NCBI RefSeq assembly: GCF_035594765.1
Contig: NC_085842.1
Span: forward strand, 162,763,036 to 162,827,035
Reading direction: 5' to 3'
From: Anolis carolinensis
Taxonomy: Eukaryota
Length of the DNA stretch: 64,000 bases
Both the position numbers and the translations under genes were made by a program. This document shows positions 38,290 through 48,746 of this stretch, one piece after another. The notes under the pieces are model-generated. The model saw only the letters and a list, made by a program, of their open reading frames with translations, had not been told where the DNA came from and did not search any database. Position 1 is the first letter of the stretch, and every line of letters starts with the position of its first letter.

Positions 38290-38617
38290 GGGTGCATCTA
38301 CACTGTGGGATGAAGTTTGAAACACTTCCACTACATTTCTGCCCAATGGATTACTTCTACACCCTTAAGTGATTCCAACAATGAAATGAGCCTGTGGGTT
38401 GCTTTTCAAAGTTCTTTGTTATGGGCTGTGTCTCTACATTGTAGGAATCATGCAGTTTGGCACCACTTTAACTGCTATGGCTCATGTAGCTTGGTGAAGC
38501 ATTAGCATTCCCTGGCAGAGAAGGCTACAGATATTGTACAACTACAACTCCCGGGATTCCCATAGCATTGAGTCCCGGTAGTTCAACTCTATTGATTCCA
38601 CAGTGTAGATGCATCCT
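38290..38617. mobile_element. PIF/Harbinger-like MITE abutting the TOM1L1 CpG region
   Basis: TIR ggtgcatctacactgtgg / ccacagtgtagatgcatc. Confidence 0.75.
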
Positions 38618-38975
38618 GAGCCGCGTTTGGCTCGGGGAGAAAGAGGAAGTCCCTCCCCTGCCTGGTTAGGGCTGCTGCGCCCCTTCTCTCTCTCTCTATT
38701 TCTCCCTCTCTCTTTCTCTCTTGCGTTTTTCTGGGAGGATCCGCGGCGAGGAGCCCCACCTGGAGTCTCCCTCTGGCTCCTCCTCCTTGGATCAGAGACG
38801 GAGCCTGGCTCCCAAACGGCAGAGCCCGACTCCAAGGAAGCAGCGGCAGCAGCAGTTCCCGGGCCAAGTCCCTCCGAGGCGGGTTTCCCCTCTTTCCTTT
38901 TGGAGAGCAGAACATGGCTTTCGGGAAGAGCCAGAAGGACCCCTTCGGCACCGCCGTGGGACACCTGATCGGTAA
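38618..38975 (+). promoter_or_regulatory. TOM1L1: Short CpG-rich promoter/5'UTR region of TOM1L1
   Basis: Abrupt rise in GC and CpG content with a (CT)n tract directly upstream of the ATG; TSS not determinable from sequence. Confidence 0.7.
38914..38971 (+). CDS. TOM1L1: TOM1-like protein 1, coding exon 1 (MAFGKSQKDPFGTAVGHLI)
   Basis: ATG in a CpG-rich segment; peptide closely resembles the vertebrate TOM1L1 N-terminus as I recall it (MAFGKSHRDPYATSVGHLI); donor G|GTAAGG at 38971/38972; 58 nt, phase 1. Confidence 0.95.
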
Positions 38976-39164
38976 GGAAAAGCTTTCCTTCCCCTTTACC
39001 AGCCAGAAGGGCACCTACACTGTAGAGTTCATGCAGTTGGTTACACTTGAATTGCTCGGGAAATATGGGAGTTGGGTGAGAGATCCGCACTCTTTGGCAG
39101 GGAAGGCTAAGGACTTTGTCAAACACCTCCCGCTATTCCATAACATCAAGCCATGGGCAAAGTA

Positions 39165-39490
39165 TGGTAAAGGTAAAGTTTTCCCTTGACATTAAGTCCA
39201 GTCGTGTCTGACTCTGGGGATTGGTGCTCATCTCCATTTCTAAGCAGAAGAGCCGGCGTTGTCTGTAGACACCTCCAAGGTCATGTGGCCGGCATGACTG
39301 CATGGAGCGCCGTTACCTTCCCGCCGGAGCGGTACCTATTGATCTACTCACATTGGCATGTTTTCGAACTGCTAGGTTGGCAGAAGCTGGAGCTAACAGC
39401 GGGCACTCACTCCGCTCCTCATATTTGAACCTGGGACCTTTCGGTCTGCAAGTTCAGCATCTCAGCACTTTAACACACTGAACCACGGGA
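39165..39490 (-). mobile_element. Sauria SINE
   Basis: ggtaaaggt tail at left; TSD ggcaaagta. Confidence 0.92.
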
Positions 39491-39537
39491 GGCAAAGTAA
39501 AGTGGGATCCAAACCGCCTTAATTGTACAGTGTAGAT

Positions 39538-39671
39538 CAGGTATGGGCAAACTTCGGCCCTCCGGGTGTTTTGGACTGCAACTTCCACAATTCCTAACAG
39601 CCGCTAGGCTGTTAGGAATTGTGGGAGTTGCAGTCCAAAACACCCGGAGGGCCGAAGTTTGCCCATACCTG
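39538..39671. mobile_element. Near-perfect palindromic hAT MITE
   Basis: 65-bp arms, 4-nt centre, 8-bp TSD gtgtagat (39530-39537, 39672-39679). Confidence 0.93.
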
Positions 39672-39785
39672 GTGTAGATGGATCTCGGGAGCGGGTTCAG
39701 ATTGGTGGGAAGCACAAAGAACTTTGGCTAGCTCCATTCCAGGTTCAGGTTGTCCAGGAAAGAAGCTACTTTCCTTATGATATTT

Positions 39786-40593
39786 AGAGTCTCACTTATC
39801 CAACATAAACAGGCAGGCAGAACGTTGGATAAGTGAATATGTTGGATAATAAGGAGAGATTAAAGAAAAGCCTATTAAACATCAAATTAGGCTATGATTT
39901 TACAATTTAATCACCAAAACATCATGTTATACAACAAATTTGACAGAACAAGTAGTTCAATACTCAGTAATGCTACGTAGTAATTACTGTATTTACAAAT
40001 TTAGCACCAAAATATCACAATGTATTGAAACATTGACTACAAAAACATTGACTACTAAAAGGCAGACTGCGTTGGATAATCCAGAACGTTGGATAATCGA
40101 ATGTTGGATAAGTGGGAAAGTAGTTCCATGCGCAGTAATGCTATGTAGTATTTACAGTAGAGTCTCATTTATCCAACACTCGCTTATCCAACGTTCTGGA
40201 TTATCCAACCCATTTTTGTAGTCAATTTGGTGCTAAATTCATAAATACAGTAATTACTATATAGCATTACTGTGTACTGAACTACTTTTTCTGACAAATT
40301 TGTTGTCTAACATGATGTTTTGGTGCTTAATTTGTAAAATCATAACTTAATTTGATGTTTAATAGGGTTATCCTTAATTCCTCATTATCCAACATATTCG
40401 CTTATCCAACGTTCTGCCGGCCTGTTTATGTTGGATAAGTGAGACTCTACTGTACTGTATTTACAAATTTACCACTAAAATATCACAATGAATTTAAAAC
40501 ACTGACTACAAAAACATTGATTATGAAAAGGCAGACTGCGTTGGATAATCCAGAACGTTGGATAATCGAATGTGGATAAATGGGACTCTGCTG
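39786..40593. mobile_element. Cluster of three mariner-type MITE copies, one (40155-40452) nested in another
   Basis: Family TIRs; inner copy flanked by TA inside the family's own gtagta.tta|ctgtattta sequence. Confidence 0.85.
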
Positions 40594-40665
40594 TATATTT
40601 ATACAGCCTGAAAGACTCACAGAAACCCAGATATTTATATTGTTGATATTTAGATTTATTTATTA

Positions 40666-41972
40666 CTAGCTTAGGTTTGTTTGAAAAGGGCCTTGTTTGT
40701 TTTGGGGTGTTGGGTAATACCAGTTTGCTCATATGTCTCAATATTTCTTAAAGGAAAACCCAGTCTTTCCTGTTATTTTCTTATGAATGCTCCCATTAGA
40801 AAATACATAAGGATGTGGGTGAACTACAGTTCCCAAAAATCCTGAGTCAATCCTCCCCAAACTCCTCCAGTATTCACGGTTGACTATGTTGAGTCTGTGT
40901 GCCAAATTTGGTTCAGGTCCATCATCTGCTGGGTTCAGTGTTCTCTGAATACAGGTGAACTCCCTGATGCCAAGGTCAGTCACTCCTAAATCCTGCCAGT
41001 ATGCACAGTTGGCTGTGTTGGGTCTGTGTGCCAAGTTTGGTGCAGATTGTCCTTGGCTGGGTTCAGTGCTCTCTGGATGCAGGTGAACTACAACTCTCAT
41101 ATGGCAAGGACAATCACCGCCAAAGCCTGACAGTATTCGTATTTGACCATGTTGGGTCTGTGTGCCAAGTTTGGTCCAGATATGTTATCAGCTGGGTTCA
41201 GTGTTCTTTGGATAAGGGTGAACTACAGGGCAATCACCCTGTAGTTTCCCAGGGCAATCACCTCCAAACCCTACCAATATTCACAGCTGGCCATGTTGGG
41301 TCTGTGTGCCAAGTGTGGTCCAGATCCATAACCTGCTGGGTTAAGTGTTCTCAATATGGATGAACTATAACTCTCAGCTTTCAAAGTCAATCACCCCCAA
41401 AGTCCACCAGTAATCAAAGTTGGCCATGTTGGGTCTGTGTGCCAAGTTTGGTCCAGATCCATCATCGGCTGGGTTCAATGCTCTCTGGATAATGCTGAAC
41501 TACAACTCCCATATTCAATTTTCTTTGAACCCCGCCAGCATGCACACTTGCCCGTGTTGGGTCTTTGTGCCAAGTTTGGTCAAGATCCCTCCTCTATTGA
41601 ATTCAGTATTCTCTAATATGTGTGAACTATAAGTCTCTAATGCCAATGTCAATCACCCACAAAGCCTGCCAGTATTGACAGTTGGCCATGTTGGGTCTGT
41701 GTGCCAAGTGTGGTCCAGATCTGTCACTTGCTGGCTTCAGTGTTCTCTGAATATGGGTGAGCTATAACTCTGATACCAAAGTTAATCACCCCAAAGTCCA
41801 CCAGTATGAAAGTTGGCAGTGTTGGGTCTGTGTGCCAAGTTTGGCCCAGATCTATCATTGGTGGGGTTCAGAGGGCTCATGGAATACAGGTGAACTATAA
41901 CTCCCAGTTAAAAGTCAATTATCTCCAAAGTCCACCAGTATTTCCTCTTGGCCATGTTGAATTTGTGTGCCA
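40666..41972 (-). mobile_element. Probable truncated Helitron with ~133-bp diverged tandem array (9 units)
   Basis: A|CTAG at 40665-40669 (3' end on minus strand); motif gtctgtgtgccaagtttgg recurs at 40893, 41022, 41156, 41300, 41433, 41561, 41695, 41826, ~41960; hairpin and 5' TC not seen. Confidence 0.55.
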
Positions 41973-42109
41973 ACACTCTTTGGAAGAGAAGGCTTAAGAC
42001 CTTGTTAAACTACAACTCCCATGATTCCATGACATTAAAAACATTAAAGTAGTGTTGTTAAAGTAGTGTCAAACTGCATTTATTCTGCTGTGGTCATGTA
42101 GCCCTAGAA

Positions 42110-42320
42110 TTAGAGAATAGGAAGAGGCCATAAGGGCCATCCAGTCCAACCCCATTCAGCCATGCAGGAAAACACAATCAAAGCCCTAACAGATGGCCAT
42201 CCAGCCACTTCTTAAAAATCTTCAGAGAAGGAGACTTAACCAAGGCAATATTTTTCACTGCCAAACAGCTCTTAACCATCAGGAAGTTCTTCCTAATGTT
42301 TAGGTAGAGTTTCTTTTCTT
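42110..42320 (-). mobile_element. Old CR1 3' fragment
   Basis: gggccatccagtccaacccc...cagatggccatccagcc...caggaagttcttcctaatgtttagg. Confidence 0.75.
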
Positions 42321-42689
42321 ATTTGTTCGAATCCACTGTTCTTCATGACTTCATTTTAAATATTATAATATTTAAACAGGGCTATCATGTCACCTCTTAT
42401 CTTTCTCTTCACTTCAGCTCCCAACATCCACAACCACAATGCTGTCCCTTGGCTGGGGATGATTATTGACTTGTTAGTTAGTTACTTTCCTCTGGAGTGG
42501 TCCAAAAGGCACACTTGGTCTTATTGTTGCCATAGATTAGGATAAGAAAGAGAGTGACTGGCTTAAGGCTCTCACAAGCTACAGCTTGTATCATTTGAAT
42601 CATCATTCAGTTGAAGCAGTATGAAAGAGAAAACTGCATTAATCTATTTCATTGTCAAAACAAAGGAGTGGAAGAAGTCTTGGGGCACT

Positions 42690-43340
42690 TGTTGCTGTCA
42701 AATTGACTTTGACTTATGGCAACCATGTGAACAGGAAACCTGCAGGATCCTCAGTGATCTAACAACCAACCAAGGCCTTTCAAACTCAGGACTGTGACTT
42801 CCTTGATTGAATCAATGTACCTGAATGCAATCACCGCTTTTCCTACTGCCTTCTTCTTTTTTGAGCATTGTCACCTTTCTGGTGAATTATGTCATCCCAT
42901 GATGCATCCAAAGTGCAACTACAGCTAAACATTTAGTGAGACTTCAGGTTTGATTTGCTTTAGGACCCATTTACTTTTTAGTACTACAAAGTATTTACCA
43001 ACACCATATTTAAAATAAGTTGATGTTGCTCCTGTCTGTTTCCTTCAATGTCCAGCTTTCACAACCATACATAGAAAACAATACTGTGGCCTTGAATGAC
43101 CCTGACTTTGGTGTATGTCTTTATACTTGAGGATCGTTGTCAAATTCTTCCAGATCTTCCCTTTATAGTCTTCTTGCGATTTTATGAATACAGTCGATTC
43201 TGATTTACGATTGAGCCCAGGTATTGAAAACCTTTAACTATTCTGATGTCTTCATTACCTGCTTTAAAGTTATGGGTCTCATCTGTGGTCATTATTTCGT
43301 CTTCTTAACATCAGCGTGCAACCCTTGCTTTGTGCCTTTC
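42690..43340 (-). mobile_element. Decayed RTE-type LINE 3' fragment
   Basis: Reverse-complement similarity to the 3' part of 27655-31510. Confidence 0.6.
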
Positions 43341-44408
43341 TGAAGACTATGCCCTTTTATCATGTACTTCCTCAGATATATTGTAATATAATAATGCTTC
43401 AGATTTAATAATAATCGTTGCTATATCTCACTGCCTGGAGAAGCTTTACATGTTCAGCTTCACTTGCCCTGCTTGCATTAGGAGAAAAGCAAACAAATAT
43501 ATGGAATCCTTATATCTAGCTGGGGAAGTCAACACTTCCCATAAGGGACTTTAGTCAGCAGGTGAAGAGCAGCAGAATCTTTTTGGCCACTACCACCAAT
43601 ATTTTTCCCATTCAGGCATTCAAAACAACCAGTATCTGTGCTGCAACAGAGAGCACTGGTGCTTCTAACCTTAAGTTTCTTTTAGGTTCTTCTGGGATGG
43701 ACTACATTCTCGTTTTTTACCACTCTGCTCAGAAGTGGTCTCCTTTTTTGACAAGAGTGAAGGAACAGCACTTACATTGATCCATGGATAGGTTGATGAT
43801 GGTGATGATCATGATGGTTTATATTTCACTTTTACCTCTTTGATTGAGATGCAAAGCAGACAGTGATCCAGATTTCTTGGGTTAATTTTCACCCCAAAAT
43901 TTCTAGACTTATACATGAGTATATAACTGCCCTTTGTGGCGAATTGAGACTGGAGGACATTGCTAATTTCCTGCAGTTATTATCCAGGACACACTTCCTG
44001 TCTTCTTGACTCCTTTCTCTCCTAGTTATGTACCTTGATGTGGGACAAGACCATGGGGCTATGTTGTCTGGATTAGCTTTCAGAACAGGTGAAGAGTGCC
44101 TTATTAACTTGGGATGGACTGTAGTTACTATGCCTACCACCATACTCAGAAGAAGTATGTATTTTGGAGGCCCCATTATGCTAAATTGGAAGAGCATGAT
44201 TTAATGTGTCCCTCTTTTGGTTCATTGGTTGTGTTAAGCAACCTGGCAAAGTTTTTTTTAATTGTGTTAGCTGACTGCTTTTATATTGCTTCCCACCCCC
44301 TAGCCACCAGACTTGACTGAGCTTGTCACAGTACTACATCTCTTTCCTTTATACTATTTCATCATACAGTTCAAGCTGAGAAAAGATAACTAGCCCAACC
44401 ATTTAGTT

Positions 44409-44543
44409 CAGTGGTTCTCATCCTGGGGTCCCCAGATGTTTTTGGCTTTCAACTCCCAGAAATCCTAACAGCTGGTAAACTGGCTGGGATTTCTGGGAGT
44501 TGTAGGCCAAAACACCTGGGGACCCACAGGTTGAGAACCATTG
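44409..44543. mobile_element. hAT-type MITE
   Basis: Family TIRs. Confidence 0.85.
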
Positions 44544-44886
44544 AACTAGTGGGTTCCATAGCTCAGGGCTTTCCAAATCCTGACCATTAGATTTCAACGT
44601 TAATCCGTTTTTGTCTCCTGGTTTTTAAAAACATTCTCCCTTGTACTATGTTGTCCCAAATGACCAGAGGCAAAAGAAAGCATCTATTAATTTCTCCTTG
44701 GGCTCATGCAGAGAAAATTTACTTTAGCACCTGCTAAAATGTTCTTCTGCACACAGTTATGAATAACAATGCAGAAGTCTCTGCTTCTGGCCTCCCTAAT
44801 GCCAAGTATTCACTTGATTATATCTAACAACCCACTCCTCACACTTAACATTTCCTAGACATTTCATGATGAACGTTCATTGAATA

Positions 44887-45201
44887 CAGTAGAGTCTCAC
44901 TTATCCAACATAGACTGGCCGGCAGAACGTTGGATAAGCGAATATGTTGGATAATAAGGAGGCATTAAGGAAAAAACATCAAATTAGGTTATGATTTTAC
45001 AAATGAAGCACCAAAACATCATGTTAGACTACAAATTTGGCAGAAAAAGTAGTTCAATGCGCATTAATGCTATGTAGTAATTACTGTATTTATGAATTTA
45101 GCACCAAAATATCACGATATATTGAAAGCATTGACTCCAAAAATGCGTTGGATAATCCAGAACGTTGGATAAGCGAGTGTTGGATAAGTGAGACTCTACT
45201 G
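44887..45201. mobile_element. Tc1/mariner-type MITE
   Basis: Family TIRs, TA flanks. Confidence 0.92.
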
Positions 45202-45414
45202 TACCTCATAAATTGGCCTTCTGCCTTTCTTGCTGTCTAATGGTGACTGTTCCAACTGAGGAAGGACACTTATACCATGTCTCTGGGCAATTTGAAAGAT
45301 GCTCTCTTAAATTTTAAAAAAGCTCTCCATATCATGCATTTGAAATGAATTGATCAAAGTTATATTGCGCATGGCCATTCTGTTAGCATTCATTAAAATT
45401 AATCCTCTCTGCAG

Positions 45415-45499
45415 AAAAGGCTACATTTGGAGGACTACAGACAGAAGAGTGGGGTCAGTTCATGCATATCTGTGACATCATCAACTCAACAGCACAAGG
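45415..45499 (+). CDS. TOM1L1: TOM1L1 coding exon 2 (EKATFGGLQTEEWGQFMHICDIINSTAQG), VHS domain
   Basis: Acceptor cctctctgcag|, donor |gtgagt; 85 nt; completes the GAA codon from exon 1; VHS motif W...ICD.IN. Confidence 0.96.
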
Positions 45500-45572
45500 G
45501 TGAGTTTGTTGATTATCTTTAGAAACTTTGTATGGGATTCAGATCTTTCTGTTAAAGTATCACTGCCACCAA

Positions 45573-45833
45573 TGGAGCCCCCTGTGGTGCAATGGGTTAA
45601 ACCCTTGTGCCTCAGGACTGCTGACTGAGAGGTCAGCAGTTTGAATTCGGGAAGAGCGAGTGAGCTCCCTCTGTCAGCTCCAGCTCCCCATGCAGGGACA
45701 TGAGAGAAGCCTCCCATAGGATGGTAAAACATCAAAACAGCAGGAGTCTCCTGGGCAATATCCTTGCAGACAGCCAATTCTCTCAGACCAGAAGTTACTT
45801 GCAGTATCTTAGGTCACTCTTGACACAGAAAAA
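45573..45833 (+). mobile_element. Anolis SINE2-like SINE
   Basis: Family body; near-TSD actgccaccaa/actgcctccaa. Confidence 0.85.
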
Positions 45834-46242
45834 ACTGCCTCCAACATCAAATGTTTTACCTTGTATTGAGATAAAGATAATTTCCTTGTAATTTTTGTTG
45901 ACCTATATTGCTTTGCTGTTGGTGCGCATATCTTAAAATTCAGACAGTGGATTTCTAAGCTTGCCATGATGGTCAGGGATTCTGAGATGTACTTTAAAAA
46001 GCAGTATTCCAAGTTCATTAGCATTCAGCAAAGCCTAAAAACTCTGGTGAATATTGATCCTGCTAAAATTCAACAGGTCAGAGGTACTTGACATGCTGGC
46101 AAATTCATGTTTTCACAACATGTTAGAATTGCTTTCCCTCAGCCCTGAAAATGTAACCTAAACTTGACTGAAAGCAAATAGCTAGTGAAATGTAGTGTTT
46201 GCTTATACATTGTAAACATTTTATTTACATGTTCCTTCTAAA

Positions 46243-46377
46243 GCAGTGGTTCTCAACCCGTGGGTCCCCAGGTGTTTTCTCCAACAACTCCTAGGAATCC
46301 CAGACATTTTACCAGCTGCTAGGATTTCTGGGAGTTGAAGGCCAAAACATCTGGGACCCACAGGTTGAGAACCACTG
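46243..46377. mobile_element. hAT-type MITE
   Basis: Family TIRs; near-TSD ttctaaag/gtttaaag. Confidence 0.87.
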
Positions 46378-47131
46378 GTTTAAAGGTATAAACTGTAACA
46401 CCTAGTTTATAAATGGGATAACCAATGTTTTTCACTTGTGCTTTAAGAAGTTGCTCACGATCATGGTGCATGCCCTTCTATCACACACAAACCACAGTTA
46501 CTCTTCCAGGAGCCATTGGATTCCTTTTTAGCTTCAACATACATGACTAACCCTTTGGAAGCTTTAAAAGAGAAGATGAGAAGCAATCCCAAAGTCTATG
46601 TTTTGTAATTTTTAACTGCAAACAGTGTTATGAACTTGGTAGGTTTCTGGCATTTTTATTGGCACAACTAGTAGCAATTTCTTTAATAATAGGTTTGTCA
46701 CTGAACATTTATTTAAGCAGCATATAAGAGAATTAAAACAGTGATGGAATTCAGGACCTGATATTAAGTGTAATCTTAAACCCACTGGTCAGGAGAAAAG
46801 TTCTATTGAAAACAGGGAATTCTTCATTTACATGGGATTTATGGTTTAAACAGACTTGGAAAATCTGGAAAGAGATGGCATTTTCTATATAGAAGCCTAG
46901 ATGAAGGATACAGGAAAGAAAGTGAGCTTCTTAATTTCCTTTTGGAGATGATATGTATTAATAACATATCTTAGCTTTCCTTTAAAGAGCTCAGGACAGC
47001 ACATTACTCCGCAATAATCCCGTGAAGGTTTGTGAACTAGGATAGCATAAAAGAGAGTTTAGACATTTGAACCCAAACTACTCTTAGGTTTCACTTGCTA
47101 TATTGACAGTATCTCTCTGATGTAAAGTAAA

Positions 47132-47547
47132 CAGGCAGTCCCTGGGTTAGAAACAGGAGAAGTTCTGTAGGTTTGTTTTTCAACTTAAGAACTTTTATGT
47201 AAGTCGGAAGAGGTACATTTTTAAAGTGTAACTGCAGCAATAACATACCCCTTTTTTAGGTATAGATACCATAGGGAAAGATTGACACACCTATTATGTT
47301 TGTTCTGCTGTCTGTGTCCTGTTCAGAAGATTTCCCCTCTCTATCTGTCCGTGTGAGAACTGGATTTTGAAAAAATTGGTTTGTTGTGGAAACAAGTATT
47401 GGTGATACAGCTTCAGTGGAGATATCCTTTTCCCATGATAACTCTTATAGGAGTGAATTTCTCTTCCTCACACTTCCTATTGTCCCATCCCTGGTTGTAA
47501 CTAGAAGTCAGATATAAGTCAGATGTTTGTAACTCAAGGATTTCATG
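47132..47547. mobile_element. Tc1/mariner (Tigger-like) non-autonomous element
   Basis: Degenerate TIR caggcagtccctgggttagaaaca / tgtttgtaactcaaggatttcatg; partial relative at ~6975-7050. Confidence 0.6.
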
Positions 47548-47626
47548 TATAGGGGCTATAGCAAAAATGTCCTACTTCAAATGGTTCATTAGCAAACAAG
47601 AATGATATTGGTTCAGTATCTGATCA

Positions 47627-47923
47627 GGAGTCCCTGGTGGCACAATGTACGAAACCCTTGTGCCAGCAGACTGCTGACTTGAAGGTTGGGTTGCTGACCT
47701 AAATCCAACCTGAAGGCTGCTGGCTTGAATCCAACCCAGGGAGAGTGCGGATCAGCTCCCTCTGTCAGCTCCAGCTCCTGCAGGGACATGAGAGAAGCCT
47801 CTCACAAGGATGGTAAAACATCAAACATCTGGGCATCCCCTGGGCAACGTCCTTGCAGACGGCCAATTCTTTCACACCAGAAGCGACTTGCAGTTTCTCA
47901 AGTCGCTCCTGACACAAAAAAAA
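47627..47923 (+). mobile_element. Anolis SINE2-like SINE
   Basis: Family body, poly-A, 10-bp TSD tatctgatca. Confidence 0.9.
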
Positions 47924-48180
47924 TATCTGATCACAAATGCATTTTGAGATGATTGGAGAACTTCATTGAGAAATTAAGAACTGAAATTAGCACTGATTTA
48001 CATGGAGTTTTAGAATATTCCAGAAATAGCATTTATAATGGTAGGTAAAGCAGAGGCACTCTCCTTCCCCTTTTTTCTCTCTGCTGGATCACTCCTAGAT
48101 TCCAGTGGTCAGGCTTTTCGGGTCAGAGGTGCAGGTACAGTATCTTACCTGCATATCACTTCTGTGTAAGAATGCTTGTA

Positions 48181-48374
48181 CAGTTGGCCCTCTGTATTGA
48201 TAGATCCACAGATTGAAAATATTTTTGAAAATATTTTTCCAAAATGCAAACCTTGATTTTCTATTTTGTATCAAGGGTACAATTTTAGTATGTGATTGTA
48301 TTTAATGGGACATGAGCATCCATAGGTTCTGATATTCACAGGACCAAACCCTTGCGGATACCAAGGGCCTACTG
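48181..48374. mobile_element. Tigger-like MITE
   Basis: ta|cagttggccctctgtat ... ataccaagggcctactg|ta. Confidence 0.65.
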
Positions 48375-48423
48375 TATTCCACAAAACTCACTATAAGTGA
48401 ATTAGAGGCTCCTTTTACACATA

Positions 48424-48746
48424 CAGTAGAGTCTCACTTATCCAACACTGGCTTATCCAACATTCTGGATTATCCAATGCATTTTTGTAGTCAATGTTTA
48501 CAATATATCGTGATATTTTGGTGCTAAATTCGTAAATACAGTAATTACTACATAACATTACTGTGTATTGAACTACTTTTTCTGTCAAATTTGTTGTATA
48601 ACATGAGGTTTTGGTGCTTAATTTGTAAAATCATAACCTAATTTGATGTTTAGTAGGCTTTTCCTTAATCTCTCCTTATTATCCAACCTATTTGCTTATC
48701 CAACATTCTGCCAGCCCGTTTACGTTGGATAAGCGAGACTCTACTG
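48424..48746. mobile_element. Tc1/mariner-type MITE (opposite orientation to 44887-45201)
   Basis: Family TIRs, TA flanks. Confidence 0.92.

Larger units (their letters stand above)
39009..39685. mobile_element. Harbinger-like MITE carrying a nested Sauria SINE and hAT MITE
   Basis: gggcacctacactgtag start, cagtgtagat end; body resumes after the SINE. Confidence 0.65.

Noticed and set aside
38542-39126. Overlapping minus-strand ORFs (194 and 141 aa)
   Set aside because: By-product of GC-rich promoter and MITE sequence; no recognisable domain
38914-39189. 91-aa ORF as a single-exon gene
   Set aside because: Only the first 58 nt are exon; the rest reads through the donor into intron and MITE
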